Part shown: positions 11,037 through 20,529 of the stretch, one piece after another
Numbering within the stretch: the first letter of the stretch is position 1
How the letters are laid out: every line of letters begins with the position of its first letter
Position numbers and translations under genes: made by a program
The notes under the pieces: generated by a model
The model's database searches: none
What the model saw: the letters and a program-made list of their open reading frames with translations, nothing else
Told to the model about the DNA's origin: nothing
Assembly (NCBI GenBank): GCA_963740355.1
Contig: CAVUDW010000002.1
Span: 224,001 to 288,000, forward strand
Source: an uncultured Gemmatimonadaceae bacterium
GTDB lineage: Bacteria > Gemmatimonadota > Gemmatimonadetes > Gemmatimonadales > Gemmatimonadaceae
Reading direction: 5' to 3'
Length of the DNA: 64,000 bases

Positions 11037-11420
11037 GTGGGCATTTTCAGCGCATTGAAGGACAAACTGTTCGGGACCAAGGTTCCAGACGCCGCGGCCG
11101 CACCGGCACCTGCCGCCGCACCAGTGGCCGTTGATCCCGCCGCGCCGGCGCCGGTCATTCCGCTGCTCGACGTCGAGGCCGTGCTGACGTTCATGGCGTC
11201 GCAGGACAAGCGTGAGTTGAACTGGAAGACGTCGATCGTCGACCTGATGAAGCTGCTCGGCATGGAAAGCAGCCTCGCCGAACGTCGTGAGCTGGCCGAT
11301 GAACTGGGCTTCACGGGTGACAAGCATGACACGGCCACGATGAACATCTGGCTGCACAAGGAAGTGATGAAACAGTTCGCCGCCAACGGTGGACATGTTC
11401 CGGCTTCGATGCTCGACTGA
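11037..11420 (+). CDS. DUF3597 family protein
   Basis: MGIFS...Pro/Ala linker...LNWKTSIVDLMKLLGMESSLAERRELADELG...MNIWLHKEVM...NGGHVP, characteristic of this family. Confidence 0.85.
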   Translation: MGIFSALKDKLFGTKVPDAAAAPAPAAAPVAVDPAAPAPVIPLLDVEAVLTFMASQDKRELNWKTSIVDLMKLLGMESSLAERRELADELGFTGDKHDTATMNIWLHKEVMKQFAANGGHVPASMLD

Positions 11421-11451
11421 TGTAAACCGCGGCACAGTTCGCCGGTGTATC

Positions 11452-11494
11452 ATCCGCTCGGAGCGACCCGTCGCTCCGAGCGGATTGTCTTTTC
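11452..11494 (+). terminator. Intrinsic terminator after the DUF3597 gene
   Basis: Perfect 16-bp inverted repeat ATCCGCTCGGAGCGAC / GTCGCTCCGAGCGGAT (11452-11485) followed by TGTCTTTTC. Confidence 0.75.
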
Positions 11495-11512
11495 TCCCCT
11501 CTGCTGCTCTTG

Positions 11513-13423
11513 ATGCCGCCACATGCCGCACTGATTGCCACGGTTGCCGTCAGCCTCGGCATCGCCTTCGTCTTCGGCCTGATTGCCGCGCGCCTCAAGC
11601 TGCCGCCGATTGTCGGCTATCTGCTGGCAGGCGTCGCCGTTGGCCCGTTCACACCCGGCTACGTCGTCGACAGCGGCATCATTGCGCAGGCATCCGAACT
11701 GGGCGTGATCCTGCTCATGTTCGGCGTGGGTCTTCACTTCTCGTTCCGCGACCTGATGACCGTCCGGCGCGTCGTGGTGCCGGGGGCGTTGCTGCAGATC
11801 CTGGTGACGGGCAGCATCGGAACCACCATCGGTCGCCTGTGGGGCGTGAGCTGGGGCGGCGCACTGGTGATCGGCATCTCGCTGGCGGTCGCGAGTACGG
11901 TGGTGCTTCTGAAAGGGCTCGAGGCACAGGACCGGCTCGACTCCCCCGAAGGCCGACTGGCGGTGGGGTGGCTGGTCGTGGAGGACCTCGCGATGGTGGT
12001 GATGCTGGTTGTTCTGCCCGCCGTGGCACCGATGCTGGGTGGCAACGCCGACCCAGCGGCCGCCGCTGGCAACGGACTGCTGGCCGCACTCGGCATTGCG
12101 CTCGTGAAGGTGGCGGCGTTTGGCGTCCTGATGGGAGTCGTTGGCCGACGCGCCGTGCCGTGGCTGCTGGAACACGTGGCGCGCGTCGGTTCGCGCGAAC
12201 TTTTCACACTCGCGGTGCTGGTGACCGCACTCGGCATCGCCACACTGGCCTCCGAAGTCTTCGGCGTCTCGCTTGCACTGGGTGCCTTCTTCGCCGGTGC
12301 CGTGGTGAGCGAGTCGGAACTCAGCCATCGTGCGGCGACGGATGCCCTGCCGTTGCAGGATGCGTTTGCCGTCCTGTTTTTCCTCTCGGTCGGCATCCTC
12401 TTCAATCCGCTGGTGGTCGTGCAGTCGCCGATGCAGGTACTCGCGTTGGTGGCGGTGATCGTGCTGGGCAAGTTCGCGGTCTCCTTCGCCCTGATGCGCC
12501 TGCTCAGGCAACCGAAGCGGGCCTCGCTGACGATCGGTGCCAGCCTCGCGCAGATCGGCGAGTTCTCGTTCATCGTCGCCGGTCTTGGTGTGACCCTCGG
12601 CCTGATCACGCGCGATCTGCAGGCCGTGATCGTGGCCGCCGCGCTGATCGCGATCACCGTCAATCAGCCACTCCTCGCCGGTGTGAAGCTCTTCCAGAAG
12701 CGGGCGCTCACTGGCGCGGCACGCGAGCGCATGGGTCATGCCCCAGAAGTGCGCGCAGGCGCCTCGGTGCCCAGTGGTGTGGTGCCGCAGACGGCGCAGG
12801 CCACCCGCGCACCGATCGATGAGGTGGAGGATCCGTTCGATTTTTCAAGGTTCCGCGATCATGTGATCGTCATCGGTCACGGTCGCGTGGGCACGACCAT
12901 CACCGAGGCGTTGCAGCGTGACTCGGCGCGATACGTGATCGTGGACGAGCAGGAACGCATCGTCGCCGGACTTCGTGTGCGCGGCGAGCGCGCGGTCTTC
13001 GGTGATGCAACACGGATCGATGTCTTGCGGCGAGCAGGCATCGAACACGCGCGCTTGATCGTGGTCACGGCGCCGGAGCCGATTCGGTCGCGGCGCATCG
13101 TGGAAGTGGCGCGTGAGGTGAATCCGCAGATTGCGATTGCGGTGCGTACGCACAGTGCTGTCGAACAGGCATTCTTCGAGGAGCTGGTGAACGCACCTGG
13201 CACCACCGGTCGCGCCGTGTATGCTGAACGCGAGGCCGCACTGAGCCTCGCGCACTTCACGCTGCAGACGCTTGGCCGCACCGATGATGAAGCCGATGTC
13301 GTGATCGACTCGTTGCGTGGATCGAAGCTGCTTCCCACCGAGACGTTCGCGGCGCTGCACACGCGCGAATTCCGCGCAATGATGGCCCCGGACCCCAACC
13401 ACCCGGCGGAAAAGAGTCCGTAA
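11513..13423 (+). CDS. ybaL: CPA2 cation:proton antiporter with TrkA-N (KTN) domain, YbaL/RosB-like
   Basis: ELGVILLMFGVGLHFS, GWLVVEDL, LAQIGEFSF; C-terminal GHGRVG KTN domain. Confidence 0.88.
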   Translation: MPPHAALIATVAVSLGIAFVFGLIAARLKLPPIVGYLLAGVAVGPFTPGYVVDSGIIAQASELGVILLMFGVGLHFSFRDLMTVRRVVVPGALLQILVTGSIGTTIGRLWGVSWGGALVIGISLAVASTVVLLKGLEAQDRLDSPEGRLAVGWLVVEDLAMVVMLVVLPAVAPMLGGNADPAAAAGNGLLAALGIALVKVAAFGVLMGVVGRRAVPWLLEHVARVGSRELFTLAVLVTALGIATLASEVFGVSLALGAFFAGAVVSESELSHRAATDALPLQDAFAVLFFLSVGILFNPLVVVQSPMQVLALVAVIVLGKFAVSFALMRLLRQPKRASLTIGASLAQIGEFSFIVAGLGVTLGLITRDLQAVIVAAALIAITVNQPLLAGVKLFQKRALTGAARERMGHAPEVRAGASVPSGVVPQTAQATRAPIDEVEDPFDFSRFRDHVIVIGHGRVGTTITEALQRDSARYVIVDEQERIVAGLRVRGERAVFGDATRIDVLRRAGIEHARLIVVTAPEPIRSRRIVEVAREVNPQIAIAVRTHSAVEQAFFEELVNAPGTTGRAVYAEREAALSLAHFTLQTLGRTDDEADVVIDSLRGSKLLPTETFAALHTREFRAMMAPDPNHPAEKSP

Positions 13424-13432
13424 AGGGTGACG

Positions 13433-15592
13433 TCAGTGCGTCTGCCTGCTGGTGGCCGATTCCACCGTCACTGGCACACCGCTGAATCCAGCATTGCCGG
13501 TCAACGTGTCGATGCGCTGGTCGTCGGTGAGGTCGTTGATGCTCACACCGGCGTGCGTGTTCGCGATGGCGAGCTGGGTGCCGCTCCGACCATGCCCCCA
13601 GCCGTGCGGCAGGCTCACCACACCGGGCATGACGCTGTTGGTGACCTCGAGTGGCACCACCACATCGCCGACACGTGACGTCACGCGCACCTCGTCACCG
13701 TCGGATAGGCGGCGCGCCGCTGCATCGGACGGATGCATCTGCAGCGAACAGCGATTCTTGCCACGGACCAGCCGTTCGCTGTTGTGCATCCAGGAGTTGT
13801 TCGAGCGCAGCGCGCGGCGACCGATCAGCGCCAGCGAGCCATCTGGTGTCGGCGCAGCGGCAAGCGCGGCGTCGAGGCGCGCCAGGTCGGACACGAACAG
13901 CTCGGGCGCGAGGTGCAGGCGACGATCCGGCGTCCGGAGCCGCGCAGGCAGCGCCGGCAGCAGCGGGCCAAGGTCGATGCCGTGCGGTTGCGCATCCAGC
14001 GCCGCGAGGCGAAGGCCACTCTTGAATGGCACGAATCCGTCGCCGTACGGGCCTCGACGCAGCCCGATGTCGAGCATGCCACGGGGCGTGAGCACCGAGA
14101 GTGCCAATGCTTTCGCGCGTGCCGACGCCGTTCCCTTCATCCGCCACGTGAGCGCGTTGAGGATTTCCCAGTCGTGGCGGGCATCGGCCGGGCGCTGAAA
14201 AACCGGCGCCGAATATTTCGTCGTGTTGCGCACCGCGAGGGTATGGAAGACGAGGTCGTAGTGATCTCGCTCGAGGGCGAACGTCGGCGGCAGGATGATG
14301 TTCGCGTGGCGCGTGGTTTCGTTGCGGTAGAAGTCGATCGCCACGTAGAACTCCAGCCCTTCGATCGCGCGCTCGAGGCGTCGGCCGTTGGGTGTCGACA
14401 ACACCGGATTTCCGGCGTGCGTGACCAGTGCTCGCACCTGGCCCGGTCCAGGCGTCTCCATCTCCTCCGCCAGCGCCGACACTGGAAGCTCGCCGGCAAA
14501 TTCCGGTAGTCCGCGCACCCGGCTCTTCCAGCGTCCGAAGCGCACGCTGCTGCCGCGTCGCTGGTCTGCGTGCAGGATGTCGATGGCCGGTTTGGTGAAC
14601 ATCGCGCCGCCAGCCACATCGAGCCGCCCGGTGACCACGTTGAGCGCCGAGATCAGCCAACAGGCCAACCCGCCGAACTCTTGCATCGACACACCGACGC
14701 GTCCGTAGGCCACGGCGCTCGGCGCTGTGGCGAAATCGCGCGCGAGAAAACGAATGGTGGTGGCGTCCATGCCCGTTGCTGCGGCCACACGCTCCGGCGC
14801 GAAGCGCAGTGCCACCGTGCGCAGTGTGTCGAGGCCCGAGAGGTAGGGCGCGTAGCGCTCGGTGTGGGCGAGGCCTTCGGTGAAGATCACGTGCAGCATG
14901 CCCAGGACCAGCAGCGCATCACTGCCAGGCCGCACGAAGTAGTGCGCGTCCACCAGCCCGGCGGTTTCGGTGCGACGGGGGTCGATCAGCACCACGCGTC
15001 CGCCACGATCACGAATCGCCCGAAGCCGATCCGTGATGCCCGGGGCGGTCATCAGGCTCCCGTTCGACGCCGCCGGGTTCGCGCCGAACATCAGCAGGTG
15101 CTGGGTGCGATCCACATCCGGAATCGGGATCAGGAGCGCGTGCCCGAACATCAGCAGGGCGGCCACATGGTGCGGCAGCTGATCGACGGAAGTCGCCGAA
15201 TATCGGTTCCTGGAGCCGAGCGCCCGCAGCAGGTCCGGGGCAAACAGCATGGCCCCCGACGAATGCACGGTCGGGTTGCCGTAGTAGGCGGCCACCGCGT
15301 CGCGGCCATGGGCGGCCTGCACCGCCTTCAGCCGAGAGGCGACTTCATCGAGGGCTTCATCCCACGGGATCTCGGTCCATTCGTGCCCCACGCGCCGCAC
15401 CGGCCGACGCAGGCGGTCCGGGTCCTCATGCACGTCCTGCAACGCCACAGCCTTGGGGCAGATGTGTCCCTTGCTGAAGGGGTCGTCGGGATCGCCCCGG
15501 ATGCCGGTGACACGGGGACCGTCAGTCGTGACCACGATCCCGCACATTGCCTCGCAGAGCGTGCAGGTCCGGAAGTGGCGATGTTCGGGCAT
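13433..15592 (-). CDS. Molybdopterin (bis-MGD) oxidoreductase, DMSO-reductase superfamily, substrate unknown
   Basis: CTLCEAMC...C [4Fe-4S] motif, DPDRLRRP, GNPVLSTP, C-terminal SNNSWMHN/MHPSDA dinucleotide-binding domain; start placed at MPEH (15592). Confidence 0.9.
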   Translation of the reverse strand: MPEHRHFRTCTLCEAMCGIVVTTDGPRVTGIRGDPDDPFSKGHICPKAVALQDVHEDPDRLRRPVRRVGHEWTEIPWDEALDEVASRLKAVQAAHGRDAVAAYYGNPTVHSSGAMLFAPDLLRALGSRNRYSATSVDQLPHHVAALLMFGHALLIPIPDVDRTQHLLMFGANPAASNGSLMTAPGITDRLRAIRDRGGRVVLIDPRRTETAGLVDAHYFVRPGSDALLVLGMLHVIFTEGLAHTERYAPYLSGLDTLRTVALRFAPERVAAATGMDATTIRFLARDFATAPSAVAYGRVGVSMQEFGGLACWLISALNVVTGRLDVAGGAMFTKPAIDILHADQRRGSSVRFGRWKSRVRGLPEFAGELPVSALAEEMETPGPGQVRALVTHAGNPVLSTPNGRRLERAIEGLEFYVAIDFYRNETTRHANIILPPTFALERDHYDLVFHTLAVRNTTKYSAPVFQRPADARHDWEILNALTWRMKGTASARAKALALSVLTPRGMLDIGLRRGPYGDGFVPFKSGLRLAALDAQPHGIDLGPLLPALPARLRTPDRRLHLAPELFVSDLARLDAALAAAPTPDGSLALIGRRALRSNNSWMHNSERLVRGKNRCSLQMHPSDAAARRLSDGDEVRVTSRVGDVVVPLEVTNSVMPGVVSLPHGWGHGRSGTQLAIANTHAGVSINDLTDDQRIDTLTGNAGFSGVPVTVESATSRQTH

Positions 15593-15718
15593 ACGGACGG
15601 CGGGTTCGGGACAGGGGCAGGCTTTGGATGCTAGCACCCTCCCGTCTATTTCACCTACCGTCCGGTTCGCCTTCCTCCGACTTGTCGTCAAATGCCTGAC
15701 CGCGTGGCGCCCATGTCC

Positions 15719-15737
15719 GGGTTCATAGTGGGTTCAT
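15719..15737 (+). promoter_or_regulatory. Putative OmpR/PhoB-family binding box
   Basis: GGGTTCAT-AGT-GGGTTCAT direct repeat with 11-bp period, 22 bp upstream of the response regulator start. Confidence 0.55.
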
Positions 15738-15759
15738 CCGGCCAGCCTACTGTGGGAGC

Positions 15760-16455
15760 ATGCGAGTCTTACTTGTCGAGGACGATCCCGAGATGTCCCG
15801 TACCGCCGCGGAGTATCTCCGGCGGACCGGATTCTCCGTCGATGTTGCGATGGATGGCGCCACCGCCATGCGTGCGCTGCGGATGAACACCTACGATGCC
15901 GTCGTGCTCGACGTGCGATTGCCGGATGCCAGCGGCTTCGACATCTGTCGGCAGCTGCGGCAAATGGGATCGGAGGCGCGCGTGCTGATGGCGACGGCGC
16001 GCGATGCGATCGAGGATCGCGTCGAGGGTCTCGACCTCGGTGCCGATGACTACCTGGTGAAGCCGTACGCGATGGCCGAGTTGGCGGCGCGCATCCGCGC
16101 CCTGTTGCGGCGTCCGTCGCGTGCGGTCGGCACCGTGCTCGCCGTGAGTGACCTGGAACTCGATACCGCCACCCGCACGGCGCGACGCGGCGATCGGGTG
16201 ATCGACCTCACCACGAAGGAGTTTTCGGTGCTGGAAGTGCTGCTGCGCCACGCCGGCGAGGTGGTCACGCGTGAAGCGATCAGCGCCAGCGCCTGGGATG
16301 AGAACTACGATCCGTTCAGCAACGTGATCGATGTCTACGTGAGCCGGCTCCGCCGCAAGATTGACCTCGCAGGCGAGGTGCCGTTGGTGGCATCGGTGCG
16401 TGGGGCAGGGTATCGCCTTGGCCCGCCCATCGTCGACGGCCGGTCACGCGCATGA
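15760..16455 (+). CDS. OmpR-family response regulator (CusR/CzcR-like)
   Basis: MRVLLVEDD, GADDYLVKP, winged helix LTTKEF...NVIDVYVSRLRRKID...RGAGY. Confidence 0.95.
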   Translation: MRVLLVEDDPEMSRTAAEYLRRTGFSVDVAMDGATAMRALRMNTYDAVVLDVRLPDASGFDICRQLRQMGSEARVLMATARDAIEDRVEGLDLGADDYLVKPYAMAELAARIRALLRRPSRAVGTVLAVSDLELDTATRTARRGDRVIDLTTKEFSVLEVLLRHAGEVVTREAISASAWDENYDPFSNVIDVYVSRLRRKIDLAGEVPLVASVRGAGYRLGPPIVDGRSRA

Positions 16456-17903
16456 CTGCCCTGTTGGCGCGCAGCGGACTGTCGATCCGGGCGCGACTGG
16501 CCGTGTGGTATGCGTCCTCGGTGCTGATGGTCTTCCTCGTCTTCGCCTTTGCGCTGCGCGTCACGGTGCGCACGGCCTTGCGAAACGAATTCAGCTCCGG
16601 TGTCCGCAGTTCCTCCGCCGCCATCCAGTCGTTCTTTCGACTCGAGTACGCTGAATATCGCGACGTCAACGCGACCATCACGCACATCGCCAATGAAGTG
16701 GTCTTTCCTGACCGGATCGTGGAGTTCGTGCGACCCGACGGCGCGGTGGCCTTTCGCGTCGGCCCATATCGCAAGGCTGCCACTGCGCCGTCGGCCGGTG
16801 TCGGCGACAGCGTCGGGACGCTGGCGGCGCCGGTGCGCCGCGAGGTGGCGCCACTCGATCGTACGATTGCGCCTGGTTGGGAGTTGGTCGTCTTCGCCAG
16901 CGCTGCGGCACTGGAACGGTCACTGTCGCTGATCGATCGCTGGCTGCTGATCGGCATTCCGCTCGGCTTCGTCTTTGCGGGTGCCATGGGGTGGTGGCTC
17001 GCCGGTCGCACGCTGCGTCCCGTAGGGGCGATGGCAGAAGCCGCGACACAGATGGCCACTGATCGGCGCGACGTAACGCGCAATGGTGCCCCGAAGGGTC
17101 CGCAACGGCTTCCCATCGACAACCCGTCAGACGAGTTGGGCCGGCTCGGCACACGCTTCAATGCCTTGCTCGATCAACTGGATGGGGTGCTCGCGCAGCA
17201 GCGGCGCTTTCTCGCCGACGCCGCGCATGAGCTACGCACGCCGGTGGCGCGCATGATGGGCAACGTGGACCTCGCCCTGCTCGACCCGCACGACGCGGCA
17301 GCGCAAAGTGGCGCCCTCGTCCGCGTGCGTGGTGACCTCGATCGCACGTCGCGGCTGGTGGATGAATTGCTGCAGCTGGCACGCGCCGATGCGGCCGGTG
17401 ACATCGCTCCGCGTGCCGGCTACGTGGACGACGTGGTGATGGACGCCGTGCATACGTGGCAACCAGTCGCTGAGCGGAAGGGCGTGAGCCTCGTGGTGCA
17501 GACGCTCGAGGAGGCACCGGCCGCCATCGATCCAATTTATCTGGAACGCATGATCGGCATCCTGCTCGACAATGCGATCCGATACACGCAGGCTGAGGGC
17601 ACGGTCACGATTGCGGTCTCGATGTCCAACGCGATTGCGACGCTTACTGTAAGCGATACGGGGATCGGCATCGCACCTGATGAACGAAACCGGGTCTTCG
17701 AACGCTTCTATCGGGGCACCGGCGCCCGTGCCATGTCGCCTGAGGGGAGTGGCCTTGGCCTGCCGATCGCGCGCTGGATTGCACAGGCGCACGGGGCGTC
17801 GCTGGAACTGATATCGCCACCGGAAGGTGGCACGATCGCGAGGGTCACCTTTCCCTCGACCGCCCATCTGCCGTTGCGGGTCACCGACGCGCGTGTTGGT
17901 TGA
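16452..17903 (+). CDS. Membrane sensor histidine kinase (HAMP-HisKA-HATPase)
   Basis: Two TM segments, DELGRL HAMP, FLADAAHELRTP, LDNAIRY, DTGIG, GSGLGL; ATGA overlap with the regulator. Confidence 0.95.
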   Translation: MTALLARSGLSIRARLAVWYASSVLMVFLVFAFALRVTVRTALRNEFSSGVRSSSAAIQSFFRLEYAEYRDVNATITHIANEVVFPDRIVEFVRPDGAVAFRVGPYRKAATAPSAGVGDSVGTLAAPVRREVAPLDRTIAPGWELVVFASAAALERSLSLIDRWLLIGIPLGFVFAGAMGWWLAGRTLRPVGAMAEAATQMATDRRDVTRNGAPKGPQRLPIDNPSDELGRLGTRFNALLDQLDGVLAQQRRFLADAAHELRTPVARMMGNVDLALLDPHDAAAQSGALVRVRGDLDRTSRLVDELLQLARADAAGDIAPRAGYVDDVVMDAVHTWQPVAERKGVSLVVQTLEEAPAAIDPIYLERMIGILLDNAIRYTQAEGTVTIAVSMSNAIATLTVSDTGIGIAPDERNRVFERFYRGTGARAMSPEGSGLGLPIARWIAQAHGASLELISPPEGGTIARVTFPSTAHLPLRVTDARVG

Positions 17904-17941
17904 CGTCTCACTGATTCACCTTTCTGTCCACGCGTTGCCGC

Positions 17942-19273
17942 ATGCGATTCACTGTTCGAGAACTTCGTACGCTCACCGACCGCATCGCCGTCGCCGGCGC
18001 CGTGCTGTCGGTGTTGCATGGCCCGCTCGCAGCGCAAGGCGCGCCGCCAGCGTCGGCCATCACACGTGGCCCTGCCTTCACACTGGCGGATGCCGCGGCA
18101 CTGGCGCGTTCGAACCATCCGCTGCTGTCTGCAGCAGGGGGGCGGCGTCGGTCAGTGACAGGCACCGCGCGCCAGGAGGCCGCACTCCAGAATCCCACGC
18201 TCGAGTGGCGCAAGGAGAATCTTGGTAGTCCATTGGCGCGCGACGAATTCCTGACCGCCGGACTTCCCGTCGATCTCTACGGCCGCCGACTGGCATTGCG
18301 CTCAGCGAGCGGCTTCACCGCGAAGCGCGCGCTGGCTGATTCCTCCACCACCGCGCGTCAGGTGGAGTATGACGTCGCCCGTGCCTATTGGCGCACAGCG
18401 CTCGCGATGGCGCTCCACGACGGTGCCGTGGTGCAGCGCCTGGCGGTGGACACGATCGCACGCATCGAATCGGATCGCGCCAGGCAGGGAGCGGTGCCCG
18501 CGGGTGCGGCCCTGCGGGCACGGCTCGAGGCCGACCGCGCACGACTCCTCGAAGCCAGCGCGAGGGCGGAGCTGGAACGCGCGCGCGGTGACCTCGCGCG
18601 CGCGCTCGCACTGCCCATCGACAGCGTCCCGCAACCCACCGAGTTGCTGCGCGTTGATGCCGGTACCGGGATTCCTTCACGTGACGCACTGCTGGTGGTC
18701 GCCCGTGCGCGTCGCTCCGATCTGCTCGCGGCTCGTGCACGTGTCGACGAAGCCTCGAAGCGCCAGCTGGCCGAGCGCCTTGGGACGCTGCCTGCCCTCG
18801 GGGTGCAAGTCGGCAGCAAGCGCACCTCCGGCTACCAGACCGGCACCGTGCAGATTGGCGTCGCGATTCCGTTTCTCGATCGCAATGGTGGCAATCGTGA
18901 GCGGGCGCGCGGCGATGTGCTGATCGCAGCAGGTGACCTGCGCGCCGTCGAGTCGGCGGTAGATGCTGAAGTCACCTCCGCGCTGCGCGCCTATTCCACG
19001 CTCCTCGAGGAATACGAGCGCAACACCGGCGCCGATGGGGATGGCGTTCGCGATCTCGAGACACGCGGCGCCACCGTGGCGGCCATTGCGGCCACGGCCT
19101 ATCGCGAAGGGGCGATCCAGCTCTTCGAATTGCTCGATGCCGAACGTGTGCGCGCCGAGGTTCGTGCTGCCGCGTTGCGTGCCGCCGCCGATGTACACCT
19201 GGCACGACTTGACCTGCTTCGCGCGCTCGGCTTGCCGATAGACAGCGCACGATTTCTTCCGACCGCGCAATGA
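17942..19273 (+). CDS. TolC-family outer-membrane efflux protein (CzcC-like)
   Basis: Signal-like N-terminus, QNPTLE, IPFLDRNGGN, YREGAIQLFELLDAER; first gene of the RND triplet. Confidence 0.88.
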   Translation: MRFTVRELRTLTDRIAVAGAVLSVLHGPLAAQGAPPASAITRGPAFTLADAAALARSNHPLLSAAGGRRRSVTGTARQEAALQNPTLEWRKENLGSPLARDEFLTAGLPVDLYGRRLALRSASGFTAKRALADSSTTARQVEYDVARAYWRTALAMALHDGAVVQRLAVDTIARIESDRARQGAVPAGAALRARLEADRARLLEASARAELERARGDLARALALPIDSVPQPTELLRVDAGTGIPSRDALLVVARARRSDLLAARARVDEASKRQLAERLGTLPALGVQVGSKRTSGYQTGTVQIGVAIPFLDRNGGNRERARGDVLIAAGDLRAVESAVDAEVTSALRAYSTLLEEYERNTGADGDGVRDLETRGATVAAIAATAYREGAIQLFELLDAERVRAEVRAAALRAAADVHLARLDLLRALGLPIDSARFLPTAQ

Positions 19274-20529
19274 TCATGGCTTCCACAATTTCCCTTCGCG
19301 CCGCATGCGCCACGCTGACCGTGTTTGGTGGGGCATGCCTCATCGCTGCCTGCGGCGGCAGTGACAAGGCGGCCGCGGCGACCGCCGCCACCGCCGCGCC
19401 GGCGACACCACCCCGCGACACGGCCTTCCTCACCACCGAGGCGTTGTCGGTTGCCGGTGTCACTATCGCGCCGGCCTCGCGTGTGGCGTGGCGTGACGTG
19501 TGGCAGCTGCCGGCACGCCTGGTGCTGGATCCGACATCGACGCAGTCGCTTGGTTCGATCGTCGAGGGGCGTGTGACACAAGTGCGGGCGCAACCAGGCG
19601 ATCGGGTGCGACGCGGCCAGGTGCTGGTCACGATTCACAGTCACGAGCTGACGTCCGCCAGCAATGAATTGGCGCAGGCGTCGGCAGGCCGCGCCGAGGC
19701 AGACAACGCAGCTCAACTGGCGGCCACTGCGGCGGCCCGCGCGGAACGGCTGTATGCAGCGCAGGCGGGTTCCCTGGCCGATCTCGAACGCGCGCGCGCC
19801 GCACGCACCGCGGCCGAGGCGGGGCAGCGTCGTGCCGCCGCCGAGTATTTGCGTGCGCATGAAATGGTTTCGCACCTGAGGCCACCGGGTGCCCTGCAGG
19901 CCGGCATCGATCCGGAAGATGTGCTCGTGCGTGCGCCGTTCGATGGCGTGGTGGTCGCGCGTGACGTGGCGCCCGGCGCCGTCGTGACGCCCGGTGCACC
20001 ACTGGTCACCGTCAGTCGTACCGGCTCGATCCTGCTTGCGCTTCGTGTGCCGGAAGCGGCGCTCGGTGCCGCAAAGCTCGGCTCCGATGTGCAGTTCGCC
20101 GTGCCTGCCTTCCCAGGCCGTACGTTCACCGCCCGCGTGACCCGTGTGTCGCCGACGCTCGATTCACTCTCGCGTACCGCCGAGGTGTTCGCCGCCGTCG
20201 ACAATCGCAGTGGGGAGTTGCGTGGCGAGATGACGGCGGCAGCGGAAGTGTTCGGGCCGGCGCGTGACAGCGTGACCGCGGTGCCGATCGGCGCCATTCA
20301 GGATTTCGAAGGCGACACGGTGGTCGTCACCGGCGTGAAACGCGATGGCGGCATGCTGCTCGAAGCCGTTCGCGTGCGTGTGGGTCGCCGTGCGGCGGGG
20401 ATGGCAGAACTGAAGGCCGGACTACCGACCGGTGCGACAGTCGTGGGCACTGGCGCCGCAGTCGCGAAGGCCGAAGTCCTGCGGCAGCGCGACACACGTG
20501 CCGCCAACGCCGAAGGCACGCCGCAGTGA
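19270..20529 (+). CDS. RND periplasmic adaptor (CzcB-like), probable lipoprotein
   Basis: Lipobox LIAAC; lipoyl motifs GRVTQVRAQPGDRVRRGQ and VRAPFDGVV flanking an alpha-hairpin. Confidence 0.9.
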   Translation: MIMASTISLRAACATLTVFGGACLIAACGGSDKAAAATAATAAPATPPRDTAFLTTEALSVAGVTIAPASRVAWRDVWQLPARLVLDPTSTQSLGSIVEGRVTQVRAQPGDRVRRGQVLVTIHSHELTSASNELAQASAGRAEADNAAQLAATAAARAERLYAAQAGSLADLERARAARTAAEAGQRRAAAEYLRAHEMVSHLRPPGALQAGIDPEDVLVRAPFDGVVVARDVAPGAVVTPGAPLVTVSRTGSILLALRVPEAALGAAKLGSDVQFAVPAFPGRTFTARVTRVSPTLDSLSRTAEVFAAVDNRSGELRGEMTAAAEVFGPARDSVTAVPIGAIQDFEGDTVVVTGVKRDGGMLLEAVRVRVGRRAAGMAELKAGLPTGATVVGTGAAVAKAEVLRQRDTRAANAEGTPQ

